Positions 25,633 through 36,610 of a DNA stretch of 44,390 nt are shown here, piece by piece. The translations under genes were made by a program, and so were the position numbers. This DNA is from Octopus bimaculoides. Its lineage: Eukaryota. The DNA lies in the NCBI RefSeq assembly GCF_001194135.2, contig NC_068981.1, forward strand, positions 89,353,348-89,397,737. The letters run 5' to 3'. Within the stretch, counting starts at the first letter, position 1, and the number at the start of each line of letters is the position of its first letter. Below the pieces are notes generated by a model. The model was not told the DNA's origin. It saw only the letters and a program-made list of their open reading frames with translations, and made no database searches.

Positions 25633-26590
25633 TTAGTTTTCTGGTTAGTTTTTAAACCATCAGCTGACGTAGAAAATCAGACCGGTTTCCGATAGAAACG
25701 CTACACTAGGACAATCAACCATCTTGTGTATTTGTGGAATTTCCAGTGATATACTGCAGATGACAACAACTATGGCTTATTGTGTACAGGTTCTGTTGCC
25801 GAATTCAAACGAAATTCAGTTTAGATAAATAAGTAACATCATCATTGAAGAGAGAAGATTAATACACACCACTAATATCATATGATATACAGAAACATTG
25901 ATAAGAGGATTAGAACGAACACAGACACACAAGAACTTGGGAATTGATAACACACAACGGAATACAACAAAAATAAATAAAAAATAAAGGTGGAAAGTAA
26001 TGTTCTAGACGCATTAGACTGATATTAAATAAAATAAAAACAGCTAATATGCATAAATAATCTAGTTGTTTTAGTGATAATTTATAGCTATATTTCTGAA
26101 ACGTAAGTGAATTAACACGAATAGACATGAAATTAACGTAAATAATGACTAAATTTACAATAATCGACAATAGCCGACGCAGAATGTGTCTTTATACTAT
26201 GGGTGAAAACAGGTGAGAATCTTCTCCAACAACAAATAAATTACATATATAGAAACAAAACATAAGAAAGTAACTAGAAAACATGAACAAAACATGAGAA
26301 ATGATTTTTCTACCTTGAAGTAACTCATCAAATATGAAATATAGACTAAGATAACAGAGAACTATGAGAAGAATTGGGGAAAGTCACCTGCAAATATTAA
26401 AAACAAACAAACTGAAAACGGGATTACCAGCTATCATGCTAAGATGTTGACAACAAAATCCCTGGCGTATCCAAGATGTCTGAAGTAGATAAAGAAATGA
26501 ATCAGCGATATTTGAGAAGTGTATGATCTCGAGCAGAAGTCAAAAGACATTTTTTACCTTCTTGAAACTTCCTCAGAGAAACAGCTGGAA

Positions 26591-26750
26591 ATTTCATCAA
26601 TAGCCATCTCGATGAATTTCCTGCTAATCTCGGAAATGTGAGCGTTGAACATGTGATGGAACACATACATAATAGCAGACAACTGTTGGAGTATTCAAAG
26701 ACACTCTGTAAACATTAAGCATTCCAGACGCTCTCTCAAGCTGGAAATTT
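26591..26750 (+). repeat. 160-bp duplicate of 32012-32170 (Chapaev transposase C-terminus)
   Basis: Direct alignment shows 3 substitutions and 1 indel. It is flanked by the direct repeat AGCTGGAAATTT (26583-26594 and 26739-26750). Confidence 0.95.
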
Positions 26751-26985
26751 TTAAAGACGTTTTATCGCAAAACTTAAATTCAGGATATGCAGATGATCTG
26801 ACTTTGTAGTCATTGTCCTCACTAACAAAATGGCCATACTCTGGAACATATAATTTCATACAACTATGAGACTAAAGATATTTCTATTGATATATTACTT
26901 TTAAAAGACCAGCCCCCGCCCCCCAAAAAAAGAATGCTTCCAAATCAATGTACTTGAATAAACAACAATATTCCTTTAAAACGGT

Positions 26986-28615
26986 TGTAGTAATGGCGCA
27001 CCACTCCCACGTGACGAGTGGAATGACCCAATCACTATAAATAAGGTGACATTGGCCAATATCTAGAGAGTAGAGTACGAGTAGATTGTGTTGATAGTCT
27101 AGTGTTGTCCTTTTCAAATTAACTGGTCAGTTGCTTTGGTGAAGTTTTGATTGCTGTGTGCTGCTTTGAAACAGTTTGGTCGTGCTTTCTCTCATTGAGA
27201 GAGTTGTCAGCATCCAAAGAAGAACTGTTAAGGACTATTGAGGCTATGGAGAAGGAATTGGAAAAGAGGAAGTTTGCAGACGTCGCCCGAAAATCGGATG
27301 ACAATATGGTGATCTAAATGGATAAATTCAAGAAACTATGAAGTCGAGATGGTTACAACGTGCAAGTGACCCCCCACCGCCTGCATGAAACAACAAAAAT
27401 AATGAAAGGAAGAACGATAATGTACAAGACCTACTCGATCAAGAAAGTAAAAAATTGACCATATGACAACAGAGCAAGTTGAGAAGGTGCTGAGACCAAT
27501 CTGGCAACAACTAACATATCTTGCCAGAGGGTCGAAATTTGGAGAAATTGATGTCAGCTTCATAAATGAAAACACGAAACGGTGGCTGTAAACGAAATCA
27601 TAATGAATGTAAGTGTGGAGGGCAGAATACCGCGCTGTTTTAAATGTAGCCAGAAGGGACACATAAGAGCGAAATGCCCTCCACCAGATAAAAGAGTGGA
27701 GGAAATGCAAGAAGACAGTAAGAAGACACAAGAGAAGCCCCGGGAAGGACAAGAGGAGGAAGAAATGGTTCCAGAAAAAGAGGAAGAATGGGAAATGAAA
27801 AGAAAGAGAAAGAAGGTGAAAAAGGCAAGTCCGATACACACAGAACTTCACCCAACAAACACCCATACCCTCTTTGTCCCATCGTCGCCCTGCAGACACT
27901 AAGCCTACCCATTCCCCCCCCCATCAAAAAAATAAAAAGAAAAGATTACATTCAGACGATGCCGCACAATTCCCTCCCCACATTGGATGTTTTGCATGTA
28001 TAATATATAATGAAGACCTGTTTGAAAAGGCAATTGAATGGGAGAACACGGTTCATATTGATTTAGAAACTGAGGATGGAGGGAACAGCAAAAGGTGGAA
28101 GTAGAGAGACACAATGTGGATTACGAAGCGTGGAAGGTTGATACTGACAAGGAAAAGCTGCCACAGTTTTATTAAATTTAAAAAACTGAAAAATAGATTT
28201 GGCTTAAACATAATAGAGAATAGAGTTAAGGAAGCAAATGATGTTACTTGATGGGACAAGTAACTCCATTTTCATTTTCCATTTTTCCATTTTTCATTAC
28301 ATCATACGTTTTAGTTTATTTTAATTTAATTTTATTTTGTGTAATTGTTATATCCAATGTAATGTATGTCCCTCTTTGTCGACCCCTCGTGGGTAATAAA
28401 ACATTGAAGAGTAGAGTACGAGTAGATTGTGTTGATAGTCGTGTCTGTGCCGACATAGTAATTATACTGTAATACTGAGTAGACGTTATAACGATCCAAC
28501 TTTTTGAGAATAATAACATTGTACGACTGGGGGTCGTCCAATTTATTATTCATTCAGAGCGACAGCCGTCGTACAAAAGACAGATACAAGAATGACAAAA
28601 GACCGCTTTATAACA
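26986..28615 (+). repeat. 5' LTR, split into 26986-27099 and 28408-28615 by a 1308-bp insertion
   Basis: Starts TGTAG and ends TAACA. Both halves align in order with the 3' LTR at 30398-30700 (about 10 mismatches in an 87-nt stretch compared by eye). Confidence 0.85.
27100..28407 (+). mobile_element. Internally deleted L1/Tx1-like non-LTR retroelement with a gag-like CCHC ORF1
   Basis: VEGRIPRCFKCSQKGHIRAKCPP (C-x2-C-x4-H-x4-C) is followed by an E/K-rich tail. There is a T-rich 3' region and AATAAA at 28395-28400. Flanked by a perfect 33-bp direct repeat. The clade call rests on ORF1 only. Confidence 0.7.
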
Positions 28616-28616
28616 G

Positions 28617-28629
28617 TGGCGACGAGGAT
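28617..28629 (+). promoter_or_regulatory. Primer-binding site, tRNA-Ser(GCU)-type
   Basis: TGGCGACGAGGAT lies 1 nt after the LTR end. It is the reverse complement of the eukaryotic tRNA-Ser(GCU) 3' end ...ATCCTCGTCG-CCA. Confidence 0.8.
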
Positions 28630-30383
28630 AAATCAATTAACGTGGAATTAATAGAAACTCGTAGAAGAGTTGACAAACTCACAAAGTTTTTGTTGTGCGA
28701 ATTTTACGAAAATATTGTAAAATTATGGAAGATTTGTTGGCCGGTTTGCTGGAATTGCAAAATCAGCAACAACAACAACTTAGGAACAACAACAACAAAA
28801 TCAACTGCAAGAACAACAACAGAAGCAACAACAACAGCAACACCAATTAGTTTTGCAACAACTAATACTTCAATTAATGAAAGCCAGAGAAAGGAAAGCC
28901 AGAAAAAGTGTTCTCACTAGACTATGTTGCGAATTCAATTACTGAATTCAAATATGAACCTTACGAAGAAGTTACCTTCGAAGCATACAACAGGAGATAT
29001 GAGCAAACCTTCAAGAAAAAATGTAAAGATTGGGATGACGAGATGAAAACTCGCTTCATCTTGTGTAAACTGGCGCCAACAGAACATGAACGATACAGTA
29101 AATTTGTACTCCCAAGAAAACCGTCTGACGTAAAGTTTAATGACACAATAGATATATTGTGTAACATTTTCAGTGAAAAAAGCTCTTAGCTCAACACACG
29201 GTAGTAGTGTCTGAGCATAGAGGAAAATAGTATCGAGGACTACATCACATACTCTGGTAGAGTAAACAAGGAATACGAGAAGTTTAAACTGTGTAAATTA
29301 AGTTCTGACATGCCTGATTTTTACACAAGGGCTAACTGCCGAAAAGGACGAAGACGTCAGAACTAGAATTCTTGAAAAGCTGGAGCAAAGCCAGGATGTA
29401 ACCCTGCAAAACGTGTCTGAAGAATATGAACGACAAACATCAGGATATAAACCCATGTTTTGCATGTGATAGTATGAACCCGAGGGAAAGTTGCCATCTA
29501 AATATGCAGAGTGTTTTCGTTATAGGACATATAAAGTTGCACTGTAGAACGAGGATAATAAAACGTCAGAAAATGGTTAAGGAATGAATAATATCATAGG
29601 AAAAAAATTGTAATTAGATCTTTGAGAAAAATTCGTGAAATTGAAAATCAGAAATACAACTGTTAAAATGCAGTTGGAAAGGGGTAGTGGCATTACTATT
29701 ACAAACGAAAAAAAACTTGGAAATATGTCGGTAAGCCGAATTCAATCAAATCCAAAAAAGTAATACATGGTATTACAGGAAAAAAATTAATATTTTTCGG
29801 TGAATTTGAATGTAATGTAACTTTTCGTGGTCAAACGAAAATGACAAAGATTTATTTGTTGAAAGATTCACTAAATTTATTCGGCATAGAATGGATGTAT
29901 CTATTAAAATTGTGGAATACATCCATAAGTGTTCTATGTGGGAATGTAGTTGGGTCAGTTGAAAGTTCAAATGTGGCCGAAGGACTAAAACCAAAAATTG
30001 CAGTAAAACATGTAACACCTATATGTAGGCCAAAGAACAAATGTATCCTTTGCTGCAATAGACCAGGTTAACAAAGAACTGGAATGTCTTAGTATAATTG
30101 AAAAAAAAATACGAAGACTGGGTAACACCGACAGTTTACGTGAAAAAGAAGAATGGCAAACCGAAGAGTTTGTACAGATTTTTCAACAAGGGTGAACGAT
30201 TTGTTAGTCGCACATGCTTACATATCTTAAAAATTAACACACACCATGGCTTATAGTAACCTTAAGCGGATTCCCTTTGGTGTGGAGGTAAAGGGGGAAT
30301 TCTTGCTGAAAAAAAACATAAAAGGAAGTTGGGGTGAATAGAAATATCATTGCTAAATAAAATGACACTTCCTAAGTAAACTT

Positions 30384-30700
30384 AAAAGAGGAGATATTGT
30401 AGGAAGGTAGTAATAATGGTACACTTCTCCCATGTGACGAGTGGAATGACACTAGCAGTATAAGTAAAGTGACGTCGGCCAGTATCAAGAGAGTACGTAG
30501 AGTACGAGTAGATTGTGCTGATAGTCGTGTCTGTGCTGATATAGTAATTATGCTGTTATACTAAGTAGACGTTATAACGATCCAGCATTTTGAGAATTAT
30601 AACACTGTACGAATATGGATCGTACACTGCCATATAGAAACATTCTATCGACGACTGCGAATATAACAATATCTGTCAGAGCAACAACCGTCGTACAACA
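30384..30700 (+). repeat. Polypurine tract (30384-30394) and 3' LTR (30398 to ~30700)
   Basis: AAAAGAGGAGA precedes TGTAGG. The LTR body matches the 5' LTR. The right end is shortened and no flanking TSD match was found. Confidence 0.8.
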
Positions 30701-32513
30701 GTGAAAAAATACCGTTTTATGACAAAATCCAAAAGAAAATCTGGAAATAAATTATACCCTGGCAAAAAAATTATACCCTTCTTTCTGCTGACCTAAATTT
30801 GAGACTTGTTTTAAGAAGATTTGGTACCACTGAGCTTAAAAATAGCAATAGTTTTTTTTTCTATCACGTTAAGTTTTTTCCTATGGGCTGGCCCACATTA
30901 GTCCCATCCATAGCACCATGTTTCAGAAATTTCTCGATGCGTTTTTCGCGGGTTATGTTAGCTTTAAGAGCCTCAACAATAGTTGAGCCTTCAGTGAGTG
31001 TGGTTGTGACGTTCTGTCGGCCTAGTATATGTACCTGTGTAAAGGTGTTTCCTAATAACTGTGTGCTCGAACGTCCGATCGTCTTAATCTGCGTTGTTAA
31101 TCTCTTCTTACTATTAACAAATGTACAAAAAGATATTATAATTAAACATTTCTGTTGAATATTTATTATATTTATGTATTTAGATACCAATTTAGACAAA
31201 CGTAGATACATAAATATTTTCTTTATTATTTTCTCTCTTTTCATGGGAAAATGGAAAAAAGATCTCTTGGCATTCTTTACAACTGGAAAAGATTTGTGTT
31301 CACTGTTAAACGCGATGGTTATTGAACAGTATGATCACAGTGAATGGAGAATATTTATAGACAGTTCAAAGAAGTGTTTAAAATGTGTGTTACTCCATAA
31401 TGGAAACGTGTTTCTTGTGTTCCGTATGGGTCACTCTGTCCACATAAAAGAGAATTATGATCACATACAAGTTATATTAGATTTACTCAAGCATGATGAA
31501 CACAAATGGGTCATATGTGCGGATCTAAAAATGGTCAACTTTTTATTTGGCCAACAAGGAGGGTATTTAAAATGTCTGTGTTTATGGAATAGCTGAGCAA
31601 AAGACAAACGTTGGGAACAGAAACTCTGGCCAGTTAGGTAAAAATTGACTGTTGGAGAGAAGAATATCATACGCCAGCCACTCAATCATCTTTGCACTGC
31701 ATGATATTAAATTACGACTAAGGAAGCAATTTGTCAAAGTTCTTAATGTGAAGGGTAACTGTTTCAAATTCATATGTGTATTTCCTGGCCTGGAATCACA
31801 ACTGGTGTGTTTGATGGGCCACAAATCAGAAAGTTAATGAAATGCCAGAATTTCTCGAGTGTGATGACTGACGTAGAAAAAAGAGCATGGGTATCATTTG
31901 TGGCTGTTGTGAAAAGATTTGGAGGAGTGAAAAGGCTGCAAACTATAAGGATTTGGTTCATCGTGCTTGATAGCTTTCATCTTGTAGGCTGCAACATGAG
32001 CATAACATTTGATTTCATCAATAGGCATCTCGATGAATTTCCTGCTAATCTCGGAAATGTGAGCGTTGAACATGTGATGGAACACATACATAATAGCAGA
32101 CAACTGTTGAAGTATTCAAAGACACTCTGTAAACATGAAGCATTCCAGACGCTCTCTCAAGCGGAAATTTGTTGCGTGAATATGAAGGTATGTTTATAAT
32201 GGTTTGTGTTTTATCCATCATATTAGAGAATTAACAATATGCATTTAGTAAAAGGTGATACTATCTTGCATTTCATTTGTCATTTCATATTCTATTAACA
32301 TTGTAACTTATGGTTTGAAGGTATAAAACTTAGTAAACTATCCTGACCAAGTAAATTTTTATACAGTGCACCATAAAATAGGGATGTGCTATAGAATGAA
32401 AACCTGATGTGTTAGAAAACAATATGGATGCCATATTGGAAATCAGCATTTCAAAATTAACAAAAAAAGAACAACCACAAAACCAAAGTCAGCAAAAAGT
32501 GTGTTAACCAGTG
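30699..32513 (+). mobile_element. Decayed Chapaev3-type (CMC) DNA transposon
   Basis: Transposase pieces WRIFIDSSKKCLKCVLLHNGN, GHSVHIKENY, WVICADLKMVNFLFGQQGGY, GVFDGPQIRKLM, HLDEFPANLGNVS and HSRRSLKRKF. The right end is ...AACCAGTG followed by TAA. Subterminal GCTGAC and CTA(T/A)CAC(G/A)T motifs are mirrored at both ends. The left terminus is degenerate. The family name is recalled from motif pattern, not from a search. Confidence 0.75.
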
Positions 32514-33086
32514 TAATCAGAATGTTGGGATTGAAAATAGAAACAAATTCTATGACGATAGACTCCTTGGGATGCTAAAAATGAAAATACATTCCTAAAC
32601 AAAGCCCCTCTGCAGAAGTAGGTAACAACGTAAAAAGCCAGCGATATGTAAACTCCCTTTAATATAACAAGAACAGCTAACAGTAAGACAATGCAAGTGC
32701 ACAAAATAGACATAGCTTTGCACGTTCACATGTAAAAACATGCACTGAAAGGAAGATAACTGGAATAATGTTGTTAGTTTTGCACCAGGATCTTGAAACA
32801 TACATCCCAAAGGTTTTATAGAAAATAATTTCGAAACAGAAATGACAGCGACGCTCAGGTTCCTGCTAACCATACAAAACAAAGCTGAATAACAAAATCA
32901 CAGTAATGAAGGTGGCGCAGTAGAAGCTTGCACAAAACAGTAGAAAAACAAATGATGATTGGAGGAGGAGGAGAAGGAGGAGTATAAAGGGAAGAAGGAA
33001 GACGAAGATAAGGAGTATAGAGAGAAGGAAGACGAGGAAAAGGAGGATGGTGATGATGATGGTAATGATAACGATGATGGATTTCA

Positions 33087-33712
33087 ATTTAGGCAAAAGG
33101 TCAACAATTTTGATGGGATAAGGTTAGTCAATTCCATCAACCCAAGTCCTTGACTGGTACTATTTTTATCGATCTCATAAGGATGAAGAGCAAAGTTGAT
33201 CCCGGAGGGATTTGAAGTCAGATCATAAGGAGCCGGTGGAAATATCACAATACTTGTTATTTGATGCGCCAACGATTCTGCTAGATCCGCTTCCATTATA
33301 ACTGCTCCTCTTTACGGGTCAGGAATTCCAATATTAACACGAAAATTTAGTTGATAGAGCTATCCTGGTGCTTAGTTGGCACATTATTTTGTCGACACTG
33401 AAAGGAGGACAAAGTAGATTTTGCTGGGATTTGAACTCAGCACTTAAAAGTCATACATTATTTTAGTGGGAGTTTTAACTATTCTGCCTGCTTATTTCTG
33501 TAATGAGTTGTAATTTAGGCACAACGCTATTAGTCATGGAGGAGTCGGTTAGCCGAATAAATCGACACCAGTACTTCACTAGGACTTTATCTTATGGACC
33601 CTAAAAGACCAAAAGCAAAGTTGAACTCGATATGATTTGAGTACAGAATGTAATACTAACATCACAGCGTAAGGTATTTTGTGTGATGCATTAATGATTC
33701 TGCCAACCAACT
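33087..33712 (-). mobile_element. Three adjacent co-oriented CORE-type tRNA SINE copies (33087-33292, 33360-33495, 33512-33712)
   Basis: Each matches the reverse complement of the copy at 35121 (GTAC..ATTT.ATCGA....AAGGATGAA...CAAAGT.GA...GG..GGATTTGAA(C/G)TCAG). The acidic GAT/GAA repeat at 32960-33080 abuts the first tail. Confidence 0.75.
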
Positions 33713-34398
33713 ACACGTGAAAAAAAAAAAAACATTTCCGATTTATTATTATACCTTCATTTTCTTTTGTCATGTATACTCCCTAAAGATGCTATCCACG
33801 TTTTATCTTCCTGACCCAAAAAGGTTTCCGAAAATGAACATCACAATATATATTTTAGCGATTTGCCTTGGAATATTATATTGCTCTTATATAATTTGTA
33901 ACTATAGTTGCATCTCAATATAATTTAGTAATATCACTTGTTATGTTGTATTCTTATCATATAATTTGCTGCTATTGTTCCTGTTAATGTTCACATAGAT
34001 GTTTTATTGACGATATTCTGGTGATTTCGACTGATATCATTTCTAAACAGGAGAAAAGATGACATATCTTTTCACCTTTGTAACATTTTCCTCGTAAATA
34101 ACATTCAAGTTATTCCTTTTACTTTTTTACGCTTTTTGAATAGAAAAGCAAACAATAAAATTTGATTTCGAAGTTAAAGGCCAAAGATATTACAAAAAAA
34201 AAAATTAAAAATGAACAGTTTTCATTTCGTTATCACACTATATATTGTATCTTCAGCTCACAATGATAAATACAGCGTATTTATTCTTCATATTACTTCA
34301 TCAAACCTTGATATATTTTATCCTCTTTTAAACTATTTCGAAATACACAGATACTATTTGTAGTTACTTTATTATTTTGCACATTACGTCTGCAGATA

Positions 34399-35038
34399 TG
34401 CAGGCTGAAAAGCGACACTTAGAAACTCGCTTTTTCAACCATGTGGCTTCAGGTTCAGCCCCAGTGTACGAAACCGTAGGCAAATGCTTTAAACTGTAAC
34501 TCCTGGTGACAATGTCTCCTGACCGAGTCTGGTAGACATAAAGTGTGTATAACCTCTTATATTTCGCTCCTACACCTTAATGAGCTCTATCAAGAAACTC
34601 GAATGTCAGCATGGAGAATTACCATCTGCCGTACTGAATGAAAAATATTCCCATACCTCTAAAGAAAATACATCTAAAAGAGCTCATTGGGGAAAACGGA
34701 ACATCTAAAAAAACGTATGCGCTGGAAAGTGTACTTCTACGAGAAGGAAGCACAAGTAAATACTCCTACTCACACACACACACACACGCACACACACACA
34801 CATACACTCATACATACATACATACATACATACATAGATATCTGTATTTGTGTCATTGTCTTTGTCCCTCAACCTCTTGGTAACCGGTGCTGATTTATTT
34901 ACACGACAGTAACTTAGCGATAGTGTAACTAACAAACGTTAAAAATATCAATAAGTACTGTGGTGGATTTGTTCGACCAAACACTTCAAGATGGTGCAAT
35001 AGCAAGGTCGCAGTTCAATAACTGAAACAAGTAAAATA
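34399..35038 (+). mobile_element. SINE family B: degenerate head 34399-34545, microsatellite, tail 34845-35038
   Basis: Head GCAGGC...AACCATGTGGCTTCAGGTTCAGCCCC; tail GTAACTTAGCG...GATTTGTTCGACCAAAC...ACTGAAACAAGTAAAA. About 200 bp of unrelated sequence lies between them. Confidence 0.55.
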
Positions 35039-35120
35039 TAGAAGATAAACTACATAGTATATTTTAGTATGGTGTTTGTAACATCTTCACACCAATGTTA
35101 CTCAATATTTATTTCCCAAA

Positions 35121-35331
35121 GGGTGGCGAGCTAGCAGATACGTTAACATGCAAGGCAAAATGCCAAGCGGCATTTCGCCCGTCTTCAAATTCTAAGGTCA
35201 AATTCCGCCGAGGTCGACTTTGCTTTTTTATCCTTTCGGCGTCGATAAAATACGTACCAGTTCAACACTGGAGTCGATGTAAGCGACTTACTCCCGCTCC
35301 GTAATTGTTGGCCCTGTGCCAACATTTGAAA
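35121..35331 (+). mobile_element. CORE-type tRNA SINE, tail interrupted and resuming at 36253
   Basis: GGGTGGCGAGCTAGCAGA...GGTCAAATTCCGCCGAGGTCGACTTTGCTTTTTATCCTTTCGGCGTCGATAAAATACGTACCAG; the last part is the CORE-like block. Confidence 0.85.
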
Positions 35332-36252
35332 GTATCTTTTTCCCTTTGAACGGCATATCGAGAAATTAATTTTTTGTAACTAAACACTTTCAAACTTGGG
35401 ACACTGGTAGAATGTGTCATATAAAACATCTTTTACTCTTAGTGTTGTTATATTTTTAAAGTTATTTCGCGTTAAAGTTGTATTTCGGTAATTTCAACCA
35501 ATCAATGACGTGTATTCAGCTGAATAAAATTACTGCCGTTGTTTGTCAAGAACAACTATCGCCGGTGTATATTTCGTTTGTCATTGTTATTTATGACATC
35601 GTTCGTGCGTTTGTACTGGTTTTAGCTTTAGGGTTTTAGGGTTAAGGTTCGGGTTTTAGAGTTAGGGTTAGAGTTTTAGGATCAGGGTTAGGGTTTTAGG
35701 GTTAGGTTAGGGTTTTAGGATTAGGGTTTTAGAGTTATGGTTAGGGTTTTAGGGTTAGGGTTAGGTTTGGGATTTTAGGATTATAATTACGGAAAAATGT
35801 GAAAAATGAAGAAATTGGAGGGGAAAGGGGCAAAAATGTCTTTCCGAAAATAGCAACTGAAAGACAGGAAAAAAAACTAAAAGCAGTAGAAATGCACGAA
35901 CGATTGTGCTGGTGCCATGAAGTAAACATGCTTCAGATACACTCGTTTATTCATACAAACGTGAGCTGAAATATGTCATAAATAATAATGACAAGCGACA
36001 TATACACCGCCGCAAGTTGTTGTTGACAAACAACAGCAGTAATTGTTTTCACCTCAATAGACGTCTTTGATTGGTTGAAATTACCGAAATACGACAACTT
36101 TAACAGGAAATAACTTCAAAAATACACAATTTTCTCAAAAACACCAAGAGTAAATGATGTTTTATGTGACACATTCTACCAGTAAACGAGTTTTGAAAGT
36201 GTTTAGTTACAAAAACTTATTTTTTGAATGTGCCGGCCAAAGGGAAAAGTTC
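35332..36252. mobile_element. Non-autonomous foldback DNA element (921 bp) with ~270-bp TIRs, a central TTAGGG-like array and a 9-bp TSD
   Basis: The arms 35337-35610 and 35960-36252 are reverse complements (for example GGTAGAATGTGTCATATAAAACATC / GATGTTTTATGTGACACATTCTACC). TSD CATTTGAAA at 35323-35331 and 36253-36261. Confidence 0.9.
35622..35785 (+). repeat. Interstitial telomere-like array (TTAGGG / TTTTAGGG variants)
   Basis: Seen directly. Confidence 0.95.
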
Positions 36253-36394
36253 CATTTGAAATCAATATTACTTCGCTAAGCTTTGATATAGTTCCTCGCA
36301 TCTTAAACTATTGGTAAGTGTAATAATTCGTCTTTCAGTCAAATGATTATTTTGCGCACTCATTGATGTTAGTCGTACACGGAAGAGATGCTGA

Positions 36395-36598
36395 AAATTT
36401 CCTAGCTTTAAGGGTGTCGCGAAAGATCTAGTTGGAAGCCTATACTTCCGAGTTCTTTTACAGGGCTTAGAAAAACTGGAGGACCGCAGTAATAAGTTTG
36501 TCAATATGAAAGGGGAGTATGTTGAATAAAACCTTAATCAACTGATCCTCCTGTATTTTCTTTTACCCAAGGTCAGGAACTTTTCAGTTGCCCCATGA
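36395..36598 (+). mobile_element. 3' fragment of a mariner-type transposon
   Basis: QGLEKLEDRSNKFVNMKGEYVE* fits the mariner C-terminus GI..L..RW.KC....G.YVE. It is followed by TIR-like GGAACTTTTCAGTTGCCCC. Confidence 0.75.
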
Positions 36599-36610
36599 TA
36601 TCATTTATAT

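Larger units (their letters stand above)
26986..30700 (+). mobile_element. Decayed Ty3/gypsy LTR retrotransposon, Mag/K02A2.6-like
   Basis: gag remnant NSITEFKYEPYEEVTFEAY..RYE...KL.PTEHERY..FVLPRKP.D..F..T..IL..IF and RTRILEKLEQ. Protease remnant VKMQLERGSGIT...NLFGIEWM. RT remnant KNGKP...DFST and RIPFGV. Two LTRs, a PBS and a PPT are present; most of pol is deleted. Confidence 0.88.

Noticed and set aside
26374-26385. GKS as a P-loop
   Set aside because: The upstream glycine of GxxxxGKS is missing (YEKNWGKS).
30600-30607. TAA-CACTG as the Chapaev left terminus
   Set aside because: It lies inside sequence homologous to the 5' LTR (TAACATTGTACGA), and LTR homology continues past it.
32959-33153. 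Acidic E/D-rich ORF
   Set aside because: It is a low-complexity GAA/GAT repeat running into a SINE tail.
35622-35785. True telomere or chromosome fusion site
   Set aside because: The array is short, degenerate, in one orientation only, and enclosed by TIRs and a TSD.
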